35,744 nt of DNA from a virus: IMG/VR virus record IMGVR_UViG_3300037311_000082. The stretch is one strand, 5' to 3'. This document shows, in pieces, positions 32,054 to 35,744 of the stretch. The number at the start of each line of letters is the position of its first letter. The first letter of the stretch is position 1. The position numbers and the translations under genes are program-made. A model generated the notes under the pieces. The model did no database searches. It had not been told where the DNA came from and worked only from the letters and a program-made list of their open reading frames with translations.

Positions 32054-32069
32054 GGTTTGTACGGTCGCT
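32054..32069 (-). promoter_or_regulatory. 16-bp conserved motif AGCGACCGTACAAACC at the early/late boundary (second copy at 27312..27327)
   Basis: The two copies match at 15 of 16 positions. Both are on the minus strand, in two of the few intergenic gaps of the late operon. Confidence 0.5.
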
Positions 32070-32079
32070 GGCCGCTAGG

Positions 32080-32421
32080 TCAGCCTCGGTGACGCGGCCC
32101 CTTCGCCCGCCAGCGGCCCGGGATGCGCCAGTCGACATACCGCAGGGCCCTGAGCACAGCCCGCTCGGCCCAGCGGATGCGCCGCTCGTTCGGTGGGCTG
32201 ACCATCCAGCCCAGAGTCCACGCCCGCCCCTGCCGGAGGAACTCGCCGCGGACGACGGCGAACGCATCGAACGCGAAGTAATCGGCGTGCGAAGGCTGGA
32301 CCACGCGCAGCTTGACCCGGAATCGGGCGACGGGGCGCCGCCGCATGGCCGTTGCGCCGCGCTTGGGCCTCGGCCGGCGGGGCGGGCGGTGGATCTTCGG
32401 CAGGCGGCCGGCGGGGATCAT
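32080..32421 (-). CDS. Hypothetical very basic protein (113 aa)
   Basis: Listed ORF. It is the last early-region gene before the late motif. The start is uncertain (an internal Met occurs at MRRRPVARF). Confidence 0.45.
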   Translation of the reverse strand: MIPAGRLPKIHRPPRRPRPKRGATAMRRRPVARFRVKLRVVQPSHADYFAFDAFAVVRGEFLRQGRAWTLGWMVSPPNERRIRWAERAVLRALRYVDWRIPGRWRAKGPRHRG

Positions 32422-32430
32422 GGGGTGATG

Positions 32431-32637
32431 CTACCAGTAGCCCGGCAGCCGGGTGTCCTGCGTGGTCTCGCGGTGGAGCCAGGTGTCGTCGGGCCCGAGG
32501 TCGTAGAGCATGACCAGCCGCCGCAGGGTGCGGGACTGGGCCGGGGTCAGCATGACGACGTGTTTGCCCCCCGGGGCGAGCTTTTGGAGCAGCGCCCGGG
32601 CGTTCCGGAGGTGCGCGACGGTGATGCCGGGCTTCAC
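32431..32637 (-). CDS. Hypothetical protein (68 aa)
   Basis: Listed ORF with balanced composition and an ATGA-type overlap with the upstream gene. Confidence 0.55.
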   Translation of the reverse strand: MKPGITVAHLRNARALLQKLAPGGKHVVMLTPAQSRTLRRLVMLYDLGPDDTWLHRETTQDTRLPGYW

Positions 32638-33386
32638 GCCGCCTCCCGGTACTCACGCGGCAGCAGGTGGGCGACGCCGGCCCGCTGGGCCCACGTGAGC
32701 AGGGTCGCGGGCGGCACGTCGCCGATGGATTCCACGCCCAGCATGGACTCGAGGTTCCGGCGGGCCCAGGTCGTGAGGTAGTCGGCGCGGCGGCGGTCCC
32801 ACCAGTCGCGGTCGCCGAGGACGGACTCGCCGTGCTGGTGCTGCTCGTGGTGGTGACGCCAGCACAGGGGGACGGCCGAGAACGGCGGCTTGAGGTTGAC
32901 CCCGGCCCCGTTCGCGATGCGGCGGACGTGGGCGGCCTGCACCGCTCCCTCGCAGGGGCCGACGCCTTCCATGCCGGCCACCATGCAGGGCTCCGACCGA
33001 ATCCAGCTCAGAAAGCCCTCATCGGTCCCCACGGCCCGGCACACCTCGGGGGCGAGGAAGAAGCCGTTGCGGAACAGCAGGCGGGCGAGCTGCCCGTAGG
33101 GGTGGGACTGGCGCGAAGGCGGGGACGCCCCGGGGGAAGGAGGTGCGTCAGCCGGAGGGGGGCCAGCGTTGGACACCGCCTCCGCGCCAGAATCGTCGGC
33201 CGGCCGGGCGAGCAGCAGGTCGAAGCGCTCCCCCGGCTTGGCCTTGGTTGCGCGGTCGAGGCCGCGGAAGGTTTCGAGCAGCCCGGGGTCGTCGAGCCGG
33301 AGCTTCACCCACGGGCCCATGTCGGGGCTCTCGCCCCAGGTGATGAGCTGCACCTCGCAGGCGAGGACGGGCTGGACGTCAGCCAT
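32634..33386 (-). CDS. Ref/DUF968-like HNH-type nuclease domain protein (250 aa)
   Basis: Listed ORF 32634..33407, trimmed to MADVQPV (ATG 33386). The C-terminal half has CMVAG..GPCEGAVQAAHVRRIANGAGVNLKPPFSAVPLCWRHHHEQHQHG, the pattern I recall for P1 Ref / DUF968 nucleases. Confidence 0.55.
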   Translation of the reverse strand: MADVQPVLACEVQLITWGESPDMGPWVKLRLDDPGLLETFRGLDRATKAKPGERFDLLLARPADDSGAEAVSNAGPPPADAPPSPGASPPSRQSHPYGQLARLLFRNGFFLAPEVCRAVGTDEGFLSWIRSEPCMVAGMEGVGPCEGAVQAAHVRRIANGAGVNLKPPFSAVPLCWRHHHEQHQHGESVLGDRDWWDRRRADYLTTWARRNLESMLGVESIGDVPPATLLTWAQRAGVAHLLPREYREAA

Positions 33387-33780
33387 GCGCCTGCCCGCCT
33401 CTCGCAACCCCAGCGCGCAGCAGCCGCTCGATCCAGCCCAAGGTAGTGCCGTCCTTCACCTGCGCCGGCACGACGCGGAGAACGCGCCAGCCGAGCAGCA
33501 GGGCCTCGGCCGCCTTGAGGCAGTCCTCCCGGTAGCCCTTGCCCCGGACGTGGCGCCCGCCCGTCCACGTCCCGCCGTCGACCTCCACGGCCAGCCGGAC
33601 CTCGGGCCACGCGAAGTCGAACTTCCACGCCCGGTGCGGGTGGAAACGGTACTGGCGCTCGGGCTCGGGGACCCGGGCGGCCCGGAGCTGGTGCAGGAGC
33701 AGCAGCTCCCACTGCTCGCGCTCGGCCCGGGCCTTCTCGCGGCCGAGTCGCTGGCGGGCGCTCAGGGGGATCACGTCCAT
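33379..33780 (-). CDS. DUF559 / Vsr-like (PD-(D/E)XK) endonuclease (133 aa)
   Basis: Listed ORF 33379..33948, trimmed to MDVIPLS (ATG 33780). Motif: YRFHPHRAWKFDFAWPEVRLAVEVDGGTW..GYREDCLKAAEALLLGWRVLRV. Confidence 0.7.
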   Translation of the reverse strand: MDVIPLSARQRLGREKARAEREQWELLLLHQLRAARVPEPERQYRFHPHRAWKFDFAWPEVRLAVEVDGGTWTGGRHVRGKGYREDCLKAAEALLLGWRVLRVVPAQVKDGTTLGWIERLLRAGVARGGQAHG

Positions 33781-34010
33781 GGCGGCCTCGCGAGGAAGTG
33801 CCGCAGCGCGGGCTCGATGCTCCGCGAGCGCAGCGCCGCCGCCCGGACGTTCACGGCCTGCCACGCCGTCATGACCGGCACCCCGTAGCTGGCCGCGAGA
33901 CCCCGGTAGGTCGCGCCGTGCTCGTGCTCGGCCCACATGGCGAGGCACTGCCCGTCCGTCAGCCGGGTGCGGCCGTTGCGGGCACCGAAGAGCCGGACGC
34001 TCACCGCCAT
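33771..34010 (-). CDS. Small HTH protein, paralog B (79 aa)
   Basis: Listed ORF 33771..34217, trimmed to MAVSVRLFGARNGRTRLTDGQCLAMWAEHEHGATYRGLAASYGVPVMTAWQAVNVR. Confidence 0.6.
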   Translation of the reverse strand: MAVSVRLFGARNGRTRLTDGQCLAMWAEHEHGATYRGLAASYGVPVMTAWQAVNVRAAALRSRSIEPALRHFLARPPWT

Positions 34011-34276
34011 GCCCTCAGCGCGGCCGTGACGGCGGGGTCGGCCGTCGGGATCGGGGCAGCGCCCCCGCGCGGCCGATGCGGCGGCGGCGGCGTGCCGCGG
34101 ACCCGGGGACCGCGGACGTTGATGACCCGCCAGACGCCGAACTTGCTGAGCCCGTACCGCGCCATGAGGGTCCGGTAGTTGGCGCCGCGCTCGCGATCCG
34201 CGACCAGCTCCGCGCACTGCGCGTCGGTCAGCTTCACGCGCCCGTTCCGCTCGCCGCTGGGTGCGCCCACGGTCAC
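34001..34276 (-). CDS. Small HTH protein, paralog A (91 aa)
   Basis: Listed ORF 34001..34678, trimmed to GTG 34276 (GTGA overlap): VTVGAPSGERNGRVKLTDAQCAELVADRERGANYRTLMARYGLSKFGVWRVINVR. Confidence 0.55.
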   Translation of the reverse strand: MTVGAPSGERNGRVKLTDAQCAELVADRERGANYRTLMARYGLSKFGVWRVINVRGPRVRGTPPPPHRPRGGAAPIPTADPAVTAALRAWR

Positions 34277-35343
34277 CCCCGGCACCGCGTCAGCCCGCCG
34301 CCCGGCGCCATGCGCCAGGTCACCAGCGGGTCGGCGCTCTCCGTGGGCTCGGCGATGCGGGCCGCGGAACAGGGCTGGCCTGCCGGGGGCGTGCCCATGA
34401 CGAACCGCGCCATGGCCGCCCAGTCGAGCGGGGCCGTGCGGTCGGGGCGCGTGTGCACGATGGCCCGGTAGGCGGGCTCGCCGAGGGTCACTGGTACCCG
34501 CGCCACGGGCTGCGGCCAGCACAGCGCGACATCCACCGCCAGCGGGGCCGGCCGCGGGCTCGCGTTCGTCTCCCACAGCGCGGTCAGGATGCCGAGGTCG
34601 CCCTGGGCCCCGGCGATCCAGCGCGCGAGGTCGCCGGTCGCCGTCCACCGGGCCCCGGTCCCGCGGTCGCGCAGGCACAGCACCTTGCGCTTCGAGTCCG
34701 TCGAATCGACGAACCGCCAGTCATCCTCCAGCCCCGCCCAGGGCGGCAGCAGGCCGAGGCCCTTGAACGTCTCGATGTACGCCACGGCCTGCCACCACGG
34801 CGGCACGCCGGGCAGCGGCTGCTGCTGGGCCCGCGCCACGCTGGCGCCGAGCAGCCCGAACACCAGCGCCCAGCCCACCGCCACCGCCCAGCGCACCGGC
34901 GTCCGGCAGGGCGTCGTGCCCCACAGCACCGCGCCGCTCTCCTTGCCGTGGTCGTCGCCGAGCACGGCCTGCAGCACGCGGTCGATGACCTTGCCCCAGC
35001 GGCCACCGGCCTGCCGGAGGTCCCACGCGGCGCGGCTCCAGGTCTGCACCGCCCCGCCGCCGAGGACGACGTGCGTGCCCACGTTGGGCAGGTAGACGAA
35101 CAGCAGGAAGGTCCACGGGCCCCAGCCGGGCTTGTAGGTGATCGAGTCGATGCCGTACTTGTTGGGCTTCCCCGGCCGGTTTCGGTCGAGCCAGTTGGTC
35201 GGGTTGGCCCAGTGGTACACCTTCGTGCGCCACGACTGACCGGCGCCCATGTCGATGGCGGCCACGGTCACGGTTGTCTCCCGCGTCCACAGCCACGGGA
35301 TGCCGCGCAGCCACGTCCAGACGTTCCGCAGGTAGTGCTTCAT
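34273..35343 (-). CDS. Trp-rich predicted membrane protein of unknown function (356 aa), translationally coupled to the methyltransferase
   Basis: Listed ORF with almost all G/C at third codon positions (read by eye). Hydrophobic segments PWTFLLFVYLPNVGTHVVLGGGAV and RWAVAVGWALVFGLLGASVA. ATGA overlap with the MTase stop. I recognise no motif. Confidence 0.75.
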   Translation of the reverse strand: MKHYLRNVWTWLRGIPWLWTRETTVTVAAIDMGAGQSWRTKVYHWANPTNWLDRNRPGKPNKYGIDSITYKPGWGPWTFLLFVYLPNVGTHVVLGGGAVQTWSRAAWDLRQAGGRWGKVIDRVLQAVLGDDHGKESGAVLWGTTPCRTPVRWAVAVGWALVFGLLGASVARAQQQPLPGVPPWWQAVAYIETFKGLGLLPPWAGLEDDWRFVDSTDSKRKVLCLRDRGTGARWTATGDLARWIAGAQGDLGILTALWETNASPRPAPLAVDVALCWPQPVARVPVTLGEPAYRAIVHTRPDRTAPLDWAAMARFVMGTPPAGQPCSAARIAEPTESADPLVTWRMAPGGGLTRCRG

Positions 35344-35744
35344 GCCGCTGCCCTCGCTTCGTTCTCGACGTAGTTGGCGCGCACGATGGCGGCGGCCACC
35401 GGCGGGCTGACGGAGTTCCCGCAGAGGCGGACCTGGCTCGTCTTCGTGCCCGTGAGGATCGTCGACGCCGGGAAGCCCTGGGCGGCGAACAGCTCGCGGG
35501 GCTCGAGCATCCGCATGCCGATGTCGGCGATGTAGTGCTGCTCGCCCTTGACCATGACGAGGCCGAAGCGGTCCTTGGTGACCACCGTCCCCATGGGGTC
35601 GAGCAGCGACCGGCCCTCGCGCTCGTTGCCGTAGTACGCCTGCAGGAAGGCGAAGACGAGCGCGTGATGGTCCTGCGTGGTGATCGTGTGCATGGGCTGC
35701 CGGAGGTCGGCGCCGTCGTTCTCGTGGCCGCCGTAGTGCCGGGC
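35340..35744 (-). CDS. DNA (cytosine-5)-methyltransferase, C-terminal part (same gene as 1..1123; 35618..35744 duplicates 1..127)
   Basis: LFAAQGFP (motif IX) and CGNSVSPPVAAAIV (motif X). The frame is continuous with the minus-strand frame of 1..1123. Confidence 0.9.
   Translation of the reverse strand, partial: ARHYGGHENDGADLRQPMHTITTQDHHALVFAFLQAYYGNEREGRSLLDPMGTVVTKDRFGLVMVKGEQHYIADIGMRMLEPRELFAAQGFPASTILTGTKTSQVRLCGNSVSPPVAAAIVRANYVENEARAAA
35618..35744. repeat. Terminal overlap copy B (identical to 1..127)
   Basis: Same as copy A. Confidence 0.95.

Larger units (their letters stand above)
1..35744. mobile_element. Complete circular temperate phage genome (integrase + attP, lambda-like early/immunity layout, T7-like podovirus structural module)
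   Basis: Exact 127-bp overlap of the two window ends. Full set of packaging, head, tail and lysis genes, plus integrase, Xis-like gene and a tRNA-fragment att core. Genes are tightly packed with overlapping start/stop codons. Confidence 0.85.

Noticed and set aside
34273-35744. C5-MTase plus the adjacent 356-aa ORF as a type II restriction-modification pair
   Set aside because: The neighbour has predicted TM segments and no convincingly spaced PD-(D/E)XK or HNH motif. Orphan MTases are common in phages. The ORF is kept only as an unknown under findings.
1-35744. Diversity-generating retroelement, retron or other RT-based system (considered because BPP-1-like podoviruses carry DGRs)
   Set aside because: No reverse-transcriptase-like ORF (no YxDD-containing frame) appears in any frame, and I noticed no template/variable repeat pair near the fibre genes.

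Overview
The window appears to be a complete, circularly closed genome of a high-GC temperate phage. The first 127 bp are identical to the last 127 bp, leaving 35,617 bp of unique sequence. Regulation is lambda-like and the structural module is T7-like (podovirus type).

The minus strand carries almost everything. A Cro/YdaS-like HTH gene starting at 3818 heads a leftward early operon. That operon holds small ORFs, a replication-organizer-like gene with an internal 10-bp-periodic repeat array, a zinc-ribbon ORF, an HNH endonuclease and a C5-cytosine methyltransferase that is split across the window ends. It continues with a Trp-rich membrane protein, two paralogous small HTH proteins, a DUF559/Vsr-like endonuclease and a Ref/DUF968-like HNH nuclease. 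The late module follows: TerS-like protein, TerL, portal, scaffold, major capsid, tail tubular A and B, four internal-virion-type proteins, two receptor-binding cassettes, holin candidates, nested spanins and an M15 endolysin.

The plus strand (3892-10536) carries an XRE-HTH repressor-like ORF, a YqaJ exonuclease, RecT and many small ORFs, including a 41-aa (Gly-X)n / Gly-Tyr repeat micro-ORF. It also holds a visibly lower-GC island with an HNH-HTH homing-type endonuclease, an excisionase-like HTH gene and a tyrosine integrase. Thirteen nt after the integrase stop lies a 45-nt 3' half of a tRNA-Thr(CGU), which I read as the attP core.

I found no rRNA, no CRISPR array, no complete tRNA, no polymerase and no reverse transcriptase. 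Most long Arg/Ala/Gly/Pro-rich ORFs in the six-frame track are antisense or off-frame artefacts of the high GC content. All functional calls rest on motifs read by eye; no database search was run.
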